From Candidatus Bathyarchaeia archaeon (GTDB taxonomy: Archaea > Thermoproteota > Bathyarchaeia > Bathyarchaeales > Bathycorpusculaceae): a DNA stretch of 64,000 nt. This document shows positions 31,447-41,994 of this stretch, in pieces; the first letter of the stretch is position 1; the number at the start of each line of letters is the position of its first letter. Location: contig JBEKTQ010000002.1 in assembly GCA_049515895.1 (NCBI GenBank), positions 123,975 through 187,974 on the forward strand. Reading direction: 5' to 3'. The notes beneath the pieces are model-generated. The model searched no databases. It was not told the DNA's origin and saw only the letters and a program-made list of their open reading frames with translations. The translations under genes were made by a program, and so were the position numbers.

Positions 31447-31818
31447 GCCCTAAGCAGTACTCTAAGCGAGCTTACGATATAAATTGTAAACCCAAACGCT
31501 TGCCCATCACGCTCCTCTAGATTCACCCATTGAGATCGTGTGAAAACATGAAAGAAGAAGCGCTGGCAAATAAGCCCACAAACAGCTGATGGTCACGGTT
31601 TGGATTGCTGAATAAGTAGAAGAAGAGTGCTACCACCAGCGGTCTTCTTCTTCTTCTTTTGACGGACAAAAAGACGTTTACTCTTTACGCAGTCTCTATT
31701 TGGATCATCTAGCGGACCGGGGGGTCTCTTGTACAAGCAAAAGAGCAGGGACCAACAGGGTACATGTGCTATTTTTGACAAAAAGTCAATACAAAAACAG
31801 CCAGATGAAGCGCGTGGT

Positions 31819-33597
31819 TTAGAATCTTCTCGGGTCTGTTTCTATGTCCACGATCGCTGGCTTGTCAGATGCTAGTGCCTTGTCAACGGCAGCTTCAAGG
31901 TCACTTGGCTCAGCAACCCTGATGCCCAAGCCGCCTGAGTGCTCAGCGAAATCAGCGAAACTAAAATCGAATAGGTCAGTTTGCCAGCTTTCGTAGCCCT
32001 CCACCTTCTGCTCCTGCATAATCATGCCCAAGCGTTTGTTGTTGATAACGAAAACTTTGACGGGTAACTGATACTTCAGAGCCGTCAAGAAGTCTCCTAA
32101 AACCATCGTTAAGCCGCCGTCGCCAGTCAAACAAACAATCTGCCTGCCAGGATAAGCCAACGCCGCAGCCAACGCACCGGGCAACCCGAAGCCCATCGTC
32201 GCCAAAGTACCACTCATCACCATCTTCTGCGACTTATGCATCCTAAAGTTCCTTCCGAACCACCAGCAGTTCTCGCCGACATCCAAAGAAATCACTGCGT
32301 CATCAGCAAGCTTGTCGTTTAAAACTTTGATTATGTACGGGGGTCTAATCGGTTTCATGGTGGGGTTAGCTTCTTTCTCCAGTTGGCTAAGCCATTCCTG
32401 CTTCAAACCGGCAATCTCAGCTAAGTAACTCGGGTTCCTCTTCTCCTGGACCTTGGCAGTCAACTTCGGAATAAGCACGGCACTGTTGCCAAGCAACCCC
32501 GCTTCAACAGGATACCTCCGCGCAATCATAAGGGGGTTAATGTCAATTTGAACAGTGCGTTTGACAGGCACATGTGTCAAATCTGAAAACGAAGAACCGA
32601 TGGCGATGAGCAAATCCGTCTTTGCCATAAGCTCTGCAGAGGCAGTTGATCCAAGGTCGCCGTGGCAACCTACAAGCAGGGGCTCCTGTTCATCCACGAC
32701 GCCTTTCGCCCTAAATGTTGTCATGATAGGTGCTGAAATCTTCGATGCCAGCTTCAAAAGTTTGTTGCCTTGGCCTCTTGCGCCGAAGCCTGCGAGAATC
32801 ACGGGTCGCGTAGCTTGGTCGACAAGTTTCGCTGCTTTCTCAATTAGCCATTCTTCCTGTCCATATGCAAGATTAGGCATTCTGCCCTCAAACGGCAAAA
32901 TTTCAGCTTCGTAAGGCAACTTTTGAACGTCGTTAGGAATCCCTATGTGGGAGACGCCTTGATCCAAAAGCGCATGCTTAATCGCCAGAGTAGCCAGCAT
33001 AGTGGTTTGGTCCTCAGACATCAAAATCTTGTTGAAAACGCATATCGGCTCAAAATAAGCGTACTGATCAATCTCTTGTATCGAACCTGGACCAATCATT
33101 TGCCTAGCCACTAAACCAGTCAACGCTAAAACAGGCGCATGATCTAATTTTGCGTCGTACAAACCGGTTGCGAGATTCGTTGCGCCTGGACCAGAAATAC
33201 CGAGGCAGGCGGCAACGTGCCCTGTTAGTTTTCCGTAGGCTGAAGCCATAAACGCCGCGGTCTGTTCATGCCGAACTTGGATATACTTCACTTTCCCATT
33301 GGTTTTACGTATCGCATCCACAACGCCCAGTGTTGAAGTGCCGGGGATGCCGAAAACGTATTGGACACCCCACTCAGCAATCTGGTTAATCAGAACCTCA
33401 GAGACGGTGTGCTCAGCTTTTTTCTCCTTTTTCTCTTCAACCTGTTCAGCTAACAAAACAAAAGATGACTTGGGCGCCCCGCAAACTGGGCAAACCCACT
33501 CTTTGGGCAAATCACTAAATTTCTTTCCTTCCTTTGCTTCATCATAAATGTAGTTACAGACTGTGCACCTGTACCTTGCCAAAGAACTGCACCTCAA
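31819..33597 (-). CDS. TPP-dependent enzyme (pyruvate oxidase-like) with N-terminal rubredoxin
   Basis: CTVCNYIYD...WVCPVCG rubredoxin, then FGIPG, VRHEQ, GPGATN and GDGG...NN TPP motif. Confidence 0.9.
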   Translation of the reverse strand: MRCSSLARYRCTVCNYIYDEAKEGKKFSDLPKEWVCPVCGAPKSSFVLLAEQVEEKKEKKAEHTVSEVLINQIAEWGVQYVFGIPGTSTLGVVDAIRKTNGKVKYIQVRHEQTAAFMASAYGKLTGHVAACLGISGPGATNLATGLYDAKLDHAPVLALTGLVARQMIGPGSIQEIDQYAYFEPICVFNKILMSEDQTTMLATLAIKHALLDQGVSHIGIPNDVQKLPYEAEILPFEGRMPNLAYGQEEWLIEKAAKLVDQATRPVILAGFGARGQGNKLLKLASKISAPIMTTFRAKGVVDEQEPLLVGCHGDLGSTASAELMAKTDLLIAIGSSFSDLTHVPVKRTVQIDINPLMIARRYPVEAGLLGNSAVLIPKLTAKVQEKRNPSYLAEIAGLKQEWLSQLEKEANPTMKPIRPPYIIKVLNDKLADDAVISLDVGENCWWFGRNFRMHKSQKMVMSGTLATMGFGLPGALAAALAYPGRQIVCLTGDGGLTMVLGDFLTALKYQLPVKVFVINNKRLGMIMQEQKVEGYESWQTDLFDFSFADFAEHSGGLGIRVAEPSDLEAAVDKALASDKPAIVDIETDPRRF

Positions 33598-33713
33598 AAC
33601 ACGCTATCTACAACAAATAAATTGGCCTCGTCCTTATCAGCTTATTGGCAACAGCAAAAGACAATCGAACAATTCATAAACCGCCTTAAACCCTTATCTC
33701 ATTAAAGAGATGC

Positions 33714-34652
33714 ATGGTTATGGAGAACTGGGACGTAATAATAATTGGCGCTGGCTCCGCAGGACTATCAGCAGGAATTTACGCCGTTCGAAGCGGATTA
33801 AAAACCTTGATTTTAGATGAGAAATTGTCAGGCGGAACAATCGCTGACGCATCCACGGTTGTCAATTACCCCGGGTTTGCTGAAATCAGCGGCGGGGAAC
33901 TCGCGGAGAAAATGACTTCACACTGCAGAAAGGTCGGCGCCGCCATTCACGAACTAGAACTCGTCAATGAACTAGAGCTCCATAGCCAAGAAAAGACCGT
34001 AAAAACCTCAGCTTCAACCTACAAAGCTAAAACAATAATCTACTCTACAGGCTCACATTACAGGGAAATCGGCGTTAAAGGCGAAAAAGAATTCAGGGGA
34101 AAAGGGGTAAGCTACTGCGGCGTATGCGACGGACCCTTCTTCAAGAACAAGCGAGTACTGGTCGTCGGAGGCGGAAATACCGCTTGCATTACAACGCTCT
34201 ATCTTTCAGGGTTAGCGTCCCAAGTTATTGTAATTCATAGACGCCAAGCTTTCAGGGCTGAAGAAAGTTTGGTCTCGGATATATCTGCCAAGAACAACGT
34301 TACGGTATTGTGGAACACTGAAGTTCAAGAAATCAAAGGCGACAAGCAAGTCAGAGCGGTAAGCTTACTAAATAACATGACAGGCAAAACAACCGAAATG
34401 GCGGTGGATGCAGTTTTTGTTCAGATCGGCGAAGCCCCAAACAGCCAGCTAGCCAAAGCCGCAGGGGTAGACACAGATGAGCATGGGTACATCAAAGTCG
34501 ACGTAAAACAACAGACAAATCTTTTAGGTGTTTTCGCCGCGGGAGATGTTACGGATCAGCCAATTAAGCAGGTTGGCACGGCTGTGGGTCAAGGCATCAC
34601 TGCAGCCCTAGAAGCATACAGCTTCATTAGGCAACCATACTACAGGAAATAG
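33714..34652 (+). CDS. trxB: thioredoxin-disulfide reductase
   Basis: GAGSAG, GVSYCGVCDG, GGGN, FAAGD. Confidence 0.93.
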   Translation: MVMENWDVIIIGAGSAGLSAGIYAVRSGLKTLILDEKLSGGTIADASTVVNYPGFAEISGGELAEKMTSHCRKVGAAIHELELVNELELHSQEKTVKTSASTYKAKTIIYSTGSHYREIGVKGEKEFRGKGVSYCGVCDGPFFKNKRVLVVGGGNTACITTLYLSGLASQVIVIHRRQAFRAEESLVSDISAKNNVTVLWNTEVQEIKGDKQVRAVSLLNNMTGKTTEMAVDAVFVQIGEAPNSQLAKAAGVDTDEHGYIKVDVKQQTNLLGVFAAGDVTDQPIKQVGTAVGQGITAALEAYSFIRQPYYRK

Positions 34653-34857
34653 AAAAAAACAGGATTTATTATTTCAGCAAGAACGAGCCTGGATAAAAAT
34701 TAAACGCAACTTGCCGAAAAGAAGTTCTGAAGACAAAAATAATGCCTGGGAAAACATATTGAATATTGCCTAAATTCTGGGGAAAGGATTATATCATTCC
34801 AAAACCCTTTCCATGCGTTTAATCAGCTTTAAGCTCGCAGTTTAAAGTAGCAGCGGT

Positions 34858-36099
34858 ATGAAAAGAGGTTTCAAAATGAGTGAAAAATGTCTCGCTGTAG
34901 TAGAAATCGACCAGGACTTGTGCTGCAGATGTTACGTTTGCCAGTCAATTTGCCCCTTTGATGCAATAAAACGCGACTCAGCCGGGAAAGTGGAAGTCAG
35001 CAGCCAAGATTGCCAAGTCTGCGGTATATGCTACAGCGCTTGCCCAAGTTCAGCTATCAAATCGCAATATTACACCTACGATAACCTGTCAAACTACGTT
35101 AAACAGGCACTTGAAAAAACCAAGGATGTTGATACCCTTGTGTTGATGTGCCGAGGAAACTCGCCGTCAACGGGCGAAGTGCAGGATATCTTTAAAGAGC
35201 AAGGATTGAAAGTTGGCAATTACATTGCACTGCGTTTGCCCTGCTCAGGAAGAGTTCCGACTGATTTTGTTTTTGAAGCGCTAAGCTTAGGTGTAAACAA
35301 TATTGTTTCGGTTCAATGCGAGGATCCGTTCTGCCGTTACAAGGAAGGCACGAAATTGAACACTCGCCGGCTCGTTTTAGCCAGAGACGTTCTGAAGCAG
35401 TTAGGCTATGAAGAGAACGCGGTTAAGATCGTGAAGTTTTCTCGCAAAGCGATCTACGATGTGCAGGCTTGCGTCGGCTGTGACAAATGCATCTTCATCT
35501 GCCCCTACAAAGCAATTGAATTTGAACCATTCGCCACTCCCAAAATCAACCTGGAGAAATGTGTTGGCTGCGGTGCATGCCAGCTCGTTTGTCCCCAACA
35601 TGCAATCCAAGTTAAAGGCTTCGAATTTGAAAACGTGCTGAACCGCTATGGCACTACAGCTGAACAGTTGAAAGCCAAAAACAATTGTCCAGCAATTCTT
35701 GCTTTCGTTTGTCAATGGTCAGAGTTCGCGGACTTAGATAACCCGAGCAAAGCGTTTGAAGGCAAAAACGTCTTAGCCCTTGAAGTTCCATGCTTCAAAT
35801 CTTTAGACCCCGTTCACGTTGTTAACGCGTTAAGATGCGGTTTCGACGGGGTTATGGCTGTTGTTTGTCCATCTAAAGACTGCAAACTTCAAGAAGGCAA
35901 AGACACCGCAGAACGCAACCTAGGCGTCATATTGAACGTGCTCAAAAAGAATGGTCTACTGGACAGATTCGAGCTTTTTGAGGAGTCACCCAGATGTGCT
36001 GGCGACTTCAACGAGAAGCTGAATGCTTTCTACAAGAAGATTTCAGCGTTACCCAAAAGGGAAATAGTTGTGGAGGCGACCGCAAAACGTACAAAATAG
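34858..36099 (+). CDS. polyferredoxin with two MvhD/FlpD-like domains
   Basis: Four CxxCxxCxxxCP motifs, plus two MvhD-like segments (RLPCSGRV...C...CRYKEG; FVCQWS...VPC...C..DC..QEG). Confidence 0.8.
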   Translation: MKRGFKMSEKCLAVVEIDQDLCCRCYVCQSICPFDAIKRDSAGKVEVSSQDCQVCGICYSACPSSAIKSQYYTYDNLSNYVKQALEKTKDVDTLVLMCRGNSPSTGEVQDIFKEQGLKVGNYIALRLPCSGRVPTDFVFEALSLGVNNIVSVQCEDPFCRYKEGTKLNTRRLVLARDVLKQLGYEENAVKIVKFSRKAIYDVQACVGCDKCIFICPYKAIEFEPFATPKINLEKCVGCGACQLVCPQHAIQVKGFEFENVLNRYGTTAEQLKAKNNCPAILAFVCQWSEFADLDNPSKAFEGKNVLALEVPCFKSLDPVHVVNALRCGFDGVMAVVCPSKDCKLQEGKDTAERNLGVILNVLKKNGLLDRFELFEESPRCAGDFNEKLNAFYKKISALPKREIVVEATAKRTK

Positions 36100-36932
36100 T
36101 AACTAAAACGGAACTGGTTCCAAAAATAAAACTTTTCGAAGTTGAAGCTCCCGACATTGCGGCTAAGTCGCATGCTGGACAATTCGTAATCGTCATCAAC
36201 GGTAAAGAAGGCGAACGGATACCTCTGACAATCTGCGGGTACGACACGACGAAAGGAACGGTTTCATTTGCCTTCCATGAAGTGGGCAAAACCACAAAAT
36301 CGCTAGGCTTACTTAACGAAGGAGACTGTATCGACAACGTGACGGGTCCGCTTGGGAATCCTTCTGAAGTCAAAAACTTCGGCAAAGTTCTCTGCGTCGG
36401 CGGAAGCGTAATGATTGCTCCATTGCTGTTGCAGGCCAAAGTCATGAAAGAAGCAGGTAACAACGTAACCACGATTCTTGGCGCGCGAACAAAGGAGTTC
36501 ATAATGATGCAGGATGAAGCCAAACGTTTGAGCGACAAGGTTTACATTGCAACTGACGATGGAACCATGGGTTACCAAGGCTTGGATTTCCTTAAAGATT
36601 TGCTTAAGAAGGAAAAGTTCGACCGCTGCGTAGTCATGGGTCCGGTTATCCTTATGAAGGACGTGAGCGAAATAACTAAACCTTACGGGATCCCGACCAT
36701 TGTTACGACTACACCAATAATGATTGACGGCATGGGTATGTGTGGAGTATGCCGAGTCACAGTTGGCGGTAAAATGCAGTTTGGCTGCGTTGACGGACCA
36801 GAATTTGACGGTCACAAAGTTGATTTTGACGGGCTAATCCTTCGGCAACGCACAATGTTGCCAGAAGAAAGGTTAAGCTCTGTGCTGTGGGAAATGAGAG
36901 GAGGTTGTAAGTGTGGCGGAACCAAAGCCTAA
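36087..36932 (+). CDS. nfnA: NfnA/SudB small subunit of bifurcating ferredoxin:NADP+ oxidoreductase
   Basis: GQFVI, ERIPLT, GPLG.P, ATDDG, MIDG.GMCGVCRV, CVDGPEFD. The family N-terminus (M)YKIV begins at ACG 36087. Confidence 0.9.
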   Translation, partial: TYKIVTKTELVPKIKLFEVEAPDIAAKSHAGQFVIVINGKEGERIPLTICGYDTTKGTVSFAFHEVGKTTKSLGLLNEGDCIDNVTGPLGNPSEVKNFGKVLCVGGSVMIAPLLLQAKVMKEAGNNVTTILGARTKEFIMMQDEAKRLSDKVYIATDDGTMGYQGLDFLKDLLKKEKFDRCVVMGPVILMKDVSEITKPYGIPTIVTTTPIMIDGMGMCGVCRVTVGGKMQFGCVDGPEFDGHKVDFDGLILRQRTMLPEERLSSVLWEMRGGCKCGGTKA

Positions 36933-38325
36933 ACCGAAATTGAATAAGAAAGCCGTTGAAATGGCTAAGCAAGAACCTAAGATTAGAGCTAAAAACTTTA
37001 ACGAAGTCGCTTTAGGTTACACTGAAGAGCAAGCGCTTGAAGAAGCAAGTAGATGTTTGCAGTGTGTAAAGCCTCAGTGCATCTCAGGGTGCCCTGTTGA
37101 AGTCCCCATTCCAGCTTTCGTCAAACTGCTTAAAGAAAAGAAGTACGATGAAGCTATCGCTCTGATAAAGTCCAAGAATGCGTTGCCGGCTGTCTGCGGA
37201 AGAGTTTGCCCTCAAGAAGTGCAATGCCAATCTAAATGCATCGTTGGAAAAATCGGCGAACCGCTCAGCATCGGGAGGCTTGAACGTTTCCTCGCAGACT
37301 GGGAACGCGATAACGGTTCCAAGCTTCCACCGAAAGCTGCACCAACAGGCAAGAAAGTCGCCATCGTCGGCGCCGGCCCCGCGGGTTTGACGGCAGCTGC
37401 GGATTTGATAAAGCTCGGTCACGAAGTTACAATGTTTGAAGCACTGCACGTAGGCGGCGGAGTTTTGTCATACGGTATTCCTGAGTTCCGCTTGCCGAAA
37501 GCAATCGTGCAGAACGAAGTTTCATACATCCAGAAACTCGGCGTTGAATTACGCCTCGGCAATCTCGTCGGCAGAATCCACACTATACCGGAACTCATGA
37601 AGGAAGGCGGTTACGATGCAGTCTTCATCGGAAGCGGCGCAGGCTTGCCACAGTTTACCGGTTGCCCAGGAGAAAACCTCGGCGGAATCTACTCAGCCAA
37701 CGAATTTCTCATACGAGTCAACCTCATGAAAGCATTCCAGTTCCCAGATTACGACACACCCATACGCCTCGGCAAAAAGGTGGTAGTCATAGGCGGCGGA
37801 AACGTAGCTATGGACTGTGCAAGAAGCAGCATGCGTCTCGGCTCTGAAGTATGCTTGCTTTACAGGCGTTCACGCACTGAACTGCCAGCAAGGCATGAAG
37901 AAATCGAAAACGCTGAAGAAGAAGGCTTAGTCTGCAAGTTCCTCGCCGCGCCCATCGAGTTCTACGGAGACGAGAAAGGCTGGGTAAAATCAATGAAGGT
38001 CATCGCAATGGAACTCACCGAGCCCGACGCAAAAGGCAGACGCGGAGTAAAAGAGGTCCCAGGCTCAGAATTCACGATGGATGTTGACACAGTCATCGTT
38101 GCCATAGGGCAAACACCAAATCCGATCATACAACGCACAACCGAAGGGTTGCAAAGCGACCCCAGACATGGAACAATATGCGTTAACGAAGTAGGCAAAA
38201 CCAGCCTAGACGGCGTTTACGCAGGCGGAGACGTCGCCACAGGAGCAGCAACAGTCATCAGCGCAATGGGCGCAGGCAAACGCGCAGCAAAAGCAATGAA
38301 CGAATACTTGATGAGCAAGAAATAA
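36913..38325 (+). CDS. nfnB: NfnB/SudA large subunit (GltD-like)
   Basis: EASRCLQC...GCPV, CGRVCPQE.QC, GAGPAG, YGIPEFRLP, GGGNVAMD, AGGD. Confidence 0.92.
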   Translation: MAEPKPKPKLNKKAVEMAKQEPKIRAKNFNEVALGYTEEQALEEASRCLQCVKPQCISGCPVEVPIPAFVKLLKEKKYDEAIALIKSKNALPAVCGRVCPQEVQCQSKCIVGKIGEPLSIGRLERFLADWERDNGSKLPPKAAPTGKKVAIVGAGPAGLTAAADLIKLGHEVTMFEALHVGGGVLSYGIPEFRLPKAIVQNEVSYIQKLGVELRLGNLVGRIHTIPELMKEGGYDAVFIGSGAGLPQFTGCPGENLGGIYSANEFLIRVNLMKAFQFPDYDTPIRLGKKVVVIGGGNVAMDCARSSMRLGSEVCLLYRRSRTELPARHEEIENAEEEGLVCKFLAAPIEFYGDEKGWVKSMKVIAMELTEPDAKGRRGVKEVPGSEFTMDVDTVIVAIGQTPNPIIQRTTEGLQSDPRHGTICVNEVGKTSLDGVYAGGDVATGAATVISAMGAGKRAAKAMNEYLMSKK

Positions 38326-38480
38326 GCCAATGTCTCTTTTTTAAGACACATATCATTGTTTTTCAATTGCTTTTTGACATAAGTCGCGAAAGCTGAATAA
38401 TTTTTTCCTAAAAGCTCCAAGTGAAAGTGCCATTAGAGTAATATAGCATTAAGACGAAAAGGTCATGAAGCGATTGAATT

Positions 38481-39197
38481 ATGAGGAAAATGAACGGGTC
38501 AGGCAGCTACCTTAAGAATCAGGTTAGAAAAAACTTGGCAAAAGCGGTTCTTTGCCTGTTCTTGTTCTGCTTAATCGTTTTCCTCGTAGGCTTAAATGTG
38601 GTCTTTGCTTTGACCTCGGAAGTGTTTGACGCAGCTGGACTGTTTGTTTCTCTGGTGCCGTTGGCAGCGTTTTACTTTTACCTTCGTAAGTACCGAATTT
38701 ACAACGGCGGTTGGGCAGGAGAAAAACAAGTCACTAAACTGTTAAGCAGCAGACTAAACGACGACTATGTCCTCTTAAACGACTTGTATCTGCGTAACGG
38801 CGCCGGAGACATTGACCACATCGTTCTCGGTCCAAGCGGCATCTTTGTCTTAGAAACGAAGAATTGGAGTGGCGAGATAACATGTCGTGGCGATGAATGG
38901 GAAAGATCAGGTAGACACAACTTTAAAGCCAGCCCAAGCCTGCAGGTAAAGCGGAACACCGCCAAAATAAGACTCATAATTGACTCTTCCCCTGTCTTGA
39001 AGTTGCCTGGAGTCTGGGTTGAAGGCATACTGGTCTTCACAAACAACCATTCCACCCTACACTTGAACAACCCAACTGTTCCTGTCCTTAAACTTCCTCA
39101 ACTTGTTAACCACATAACCTCACAAAGAAGCTCTAGCGTCTTAACTCCGCAGCAGCTTGAAACGATTGGAAAAGAAATCCTGAAACAAAAAAACTAA
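38481..39197 (+). CDS. membrane-anchored NERD-domain nuclease
   Basis: Two TM helices, G..GE, DIDHIVLGPSGIFVLETKNWSG, SP..Q. Confidence 0.88.
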   Translation: MRKMNGSGSYLKNQVRKNLAKAVLCLFLFCLIVFLVGLNVVFALTSEVFDAAGLFVSLVPLAAFYFYLRKYRIYNGGWAGEKQVTKLLSSRLNDDYVLLNDLYLRNGAGDIDHIVLGPSGIFVLETKNWSGEITCRGDEWERSGRHNFKASPSLQVKRNTAKIRLIIDSSPVLKLPGVWVEGILVFTNNHSTLHLNNPTVPVLKLPQLVNHITSQRSSSVLTPQQLETIGKEILKQKN

Positions 39198-39892
39198 TGC
39201 TGGCTCGGTTCTGGAGGCGTAATTTTAAGCCACGCTTTTCTTTTTACACAGGCAAACGACGTAATGCTGGTTACCAGCAGAGTGCCCATTGTCAGGTAGT
39301 TTGCGAAGTTTGTGGATGGATGTTGAATTTCAAAGATGACTATGGCGAGAACGATGTAGAAAGTAATTACCCCAGTGAGGAATTGCAGGATATGGAAGGC
39401 ATGTCGTATTCGGAACGCTTGTGATTTTATCTTGTTCAGGGTTGATTCGATTCTTGTTGAAACGTCTGGAAGGTCGTCGAGAACTAGTGTTACTCCAGTT
39501 AAAACGAAGAATCTTCCCGTGTTAACCGCTAAGCTTGAAGAATTTACAAGAAAAAGCATCACTAAAGAAACCGAAGTAAACGCCACTACGTAGATGGCGG
39601 ATGTGAATAGAACAAAGAAGCCGTACACGTAATGGTGGAATAAGAATCGTCCTGTATGAAGTGTTCTTCCTATACTTGCGCTCGGAAAAATGTTGATGAA
39701 TGCGGCTATCGCTGCGATGAGGAAAAGGTTTCCGCTGATTAGGTCGGGGAAATAGGGTCTCCACCATGGCCACGCAACGTAGAAGCCATAGAGGATTCCA
39801 GACAGCGTGGTTATTGTTATGAGTGCGTTCAGAATCAGGGTTAGGCTAAATATTTTCTTAGTCAACACCCAAACGGCTTCACGCTTTGTCAA
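39194..39892 (-). CDS. conserved multi-pass membrane protein
   Basis: Hydrophobic 232-aa ORF with HHYVYG and LDDLPD motifs. Confidence 0.75.
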   Translation of the reverse strand: MTKREAVWVLTKKIFSLTLILNALITITTLSGILYGFYVAWPWWRPYFPDLISGNLFLIAAIAAFINIFPSASIGRTLHTGRFLFHHYVYGFFVLFTSAIYVVAFTSVSLVMLFLVNSSSLAVNTGRFFVLTGVTLVLDDLPDVSTRIESTLNKIKSQAFRIRHAFHILQFLTGVITFYIVLAIVIFEIQHPSTNFANYLTMGTLLVTSITSFACVKRKAWLKITPPEPSQH

Positions 39893-40245
39893 ATCTCAGA
39901 AACTACCCCTTTTTAGCTGCGCTCTGTCTTTGCTTTTAGGATACTTGCAGCATCCCTTTATTATAATTAACGTATGTTAATGGGAAAAAAATACTTAACT
40001 GTTCCTAAAAAATCGACTTTGCCCTTGCTTACACCCAAAGTTCGTCGGTTTCAAGGTCAGTCTGGTTATTGGGTTTCTTTTCCACGATGTCGGTCTTGAC
40101 GCGGTCATAATCTGAGGCTTGATGGAACGAGTAATCAAAAGCAATAATGCTTTCTGAAACAAGTTGTCGCTCATTCGGTGGGTAAAATTTGTTGTTTGTG
40201 TTTCAGGTTGCTTTCAGTTTTTAGGGCTTGAAGTGTTTGCAGGTT

Positions 40246-40329
40246 GCGACCCATAGCGACCCTACGCGACCCATTGCGACTCCTAACGACTCTATTCGAC
40301 TCCCTGCGTCTCTATGCGACTCTCCCGAC
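40246..40329. repeat. 10-bp-period tandem array (CGAC core, 9 units)
   Basis: CGAC ends at 40250, 40260, 40270, 40280, 40290, 40300, (CGTC 40310), 40320 and 40329. Confidence 0.85.
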
Positions 40330-40387
40330 AGCTTCCAACGGCACAGTTTTTCTTCAAATGGCTTTCTGTTCTTAGTAGGTGCCCACG

Positions 40388-41932
40388 TCATCTGTCTAAA
40401 CTGAATGCTTTCTCGTGTGCAAGCTTCTCGGGCACCTGGTCCAGAACCATCTTCCCAGCTGGCTTCTTAGTTAGCACGACTGGTGCCAACTGGTTGGCGA
40501 GCTCAAGCGCCGAGTCTAACTTGCTACTGCGCTCAGCATAAATCTCAAAAAGCACACTATCTTTATGCACTGTTTCCCCAAGCTTCGAATGAAGAACTAT
40601 ACCTGCCCCTTTCTCCTTAGGCGCACCAGCTTCTCTAGCGACCCGCACGATGTCCTCGGTGCTGAGCCAAATGACCTTGCCAGATCTCTTAGACTTTACC
40701 TCAACGCATTCTGGACCGACTTGGATGTCGTCGGGCTGAATCTTCGAGTTTCCTCCTTGTGCAGCGATGATTTCCCGCATCTTGGCCGCCGCTTTGCCAG
40801 AATCTATCATGTCTTCAGCCTTGGCTCGACCGTTCTCTGCTCCAACCATCTCGAAAAGCATTCCCGCAAGGCTAACGGCTTTATCCCGCAAGTCAGATGG
40901 ACCGCCGCCCAGCAGAGTCGCTAAGGCTTCTCTGGCTTCAAGTGCCGGCCCAATTCCGTAGCCAAGCGGCTGGTCACCGAAAGTTAGGGCGCATTGAATG
41001 TTTAAGCCTAGACGTTTTCCTAAATCCACGAAATCTGAAGCCAAAGTGTACGCTTCAGTTCGAGTCTTAATTTTCGCGGCCATACCTGTCGGGATGTCAA
41101 TGGCAACGTGGGTAGCTCCCATGGCTTTCTTCTTGCTGAGAATTGAAGGCAACAGCATGGGATCTATTCCCAATGGGTACTCAACTTGGATAAAGAGGTC
41201 GTCGGCAGGAGCAAGCTCCAAAGCGCCGCCCCAAACCAAGCATCCGCCTGTTTTCGCCACTACATCTTTTATCTCGTCGATGTTCAAGTTAACGGGACAC
41301 AGGGTTTCCACCCTGTCTGCAGTTCCAGCCGGAGAAGTGATCGCCCGCGAAGAAGTCTTAGGAATCGTGAATCCAGCTGCAGCAACAATAGGCACAACCA
41401 GCATAGACGTTTTGTCGCCCGGAATCCCGCCGACACTGTGCTTATCAAGAATTGGCCCATCGCCGAAGCTAAGCGTCTTCCCTGTTGCAACCATAGCCCT
41501 CGACAATGCCTCATTCTCGCTTGAACTTAACCCGTGAATGCTAAGCGCCGTCAAAAAAGCAGCAATTTCAGCGGAGCTTAAGTGCCGCTCAACCACGTCC
41601 TTAACAATAGTCACTATATCTTTCTCGCGTAAACGCTCCCCACGCAGCTTAGCCCTCACGTTGAAGAGCGACTCAGGAAGGGGAGCCAACTGTACCGAAA
41701 CAGTTTCATCTTCCTTCACGCCAAGCGCGGTGGCGGTTTCCTCGTAGAGCCCGATGCGTTTACGCGAAAAAAAAGCAGCAATATTTGCGATTGCAATCAT
41801 TTCTTGGTTGCCATATCTTATTCGTATTCTGTCTGAACTATGTACGCCCAAGGAACTGGCACTTTCTTCGCTGAGAATGGCGATTCTGTTTCCGCCAGTA
41901 AATATGGGTAAGACTTCAACCGTTAACTCCAT
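40388..41932 (-). CDS. deoA: AMP phosphorylase
   Basis: DKHSVGG.PG, PKTSSRAITSPAGTAD, WGG, G.GPALEA, plus the N-terminal extension typical of AMPpase. Confidence 0.95.
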   Translation of the reverse strand: MELTVEVLPIFTGGNRIAILSEESASSLGVHSSDRIRIRYGNQEMIAIANIAAFFSRKRIGLYEETATALGVKEDETVSVQLAPLPESLFNVRAKLRGERLREKDIVTIVKDVVERHLSSAEIAAFLTALSIHGLSSSENEALSRAMVATGKTLSFGDGPILDKHSVGGIPGDKTSMLVVPIVAAAGFTIPKTSSRAITSPAGTADRVETLCPVNLNIDEIKDVVAKTGGCLVWGGALELAPADDLFIQVEYPLGIDPMLLPSILSKKKAMGATHVAIDIPTGMAAKIKTRTEAYTLASDFVDLGKRLGLNIQCALTFGDQPLGYGIGPALEAREALATLLGGGPSDLRDKAVSLAGMLFEMVGAENGRAKAEDMIDSGKAAAKMREIIAAQGGNSKIQPDDIQVGPECVEVKSKRSGKVIWLSTEDIVRVAREAGAPKEKGAGIVLHSKLGETVHKDSVLFEIYAERSSKLDSALELANQLAPVVLTKKPAGKMVLDQVPEKLAHEKAFSLDR

Positions 41933-41994
41933 TCTGAATCACGCCATAACTTGATTAGATTTAGGAATAGTTAAAGATTTTAAGGAAAAACCAG

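Noticed and set aside
35994-36086. ORF-track N-terminal extension of nfnA
   Set aside because: It overlaps the upstream gene by more than 100 bp and has no family similarity; an SD-preceded ACG fits better.
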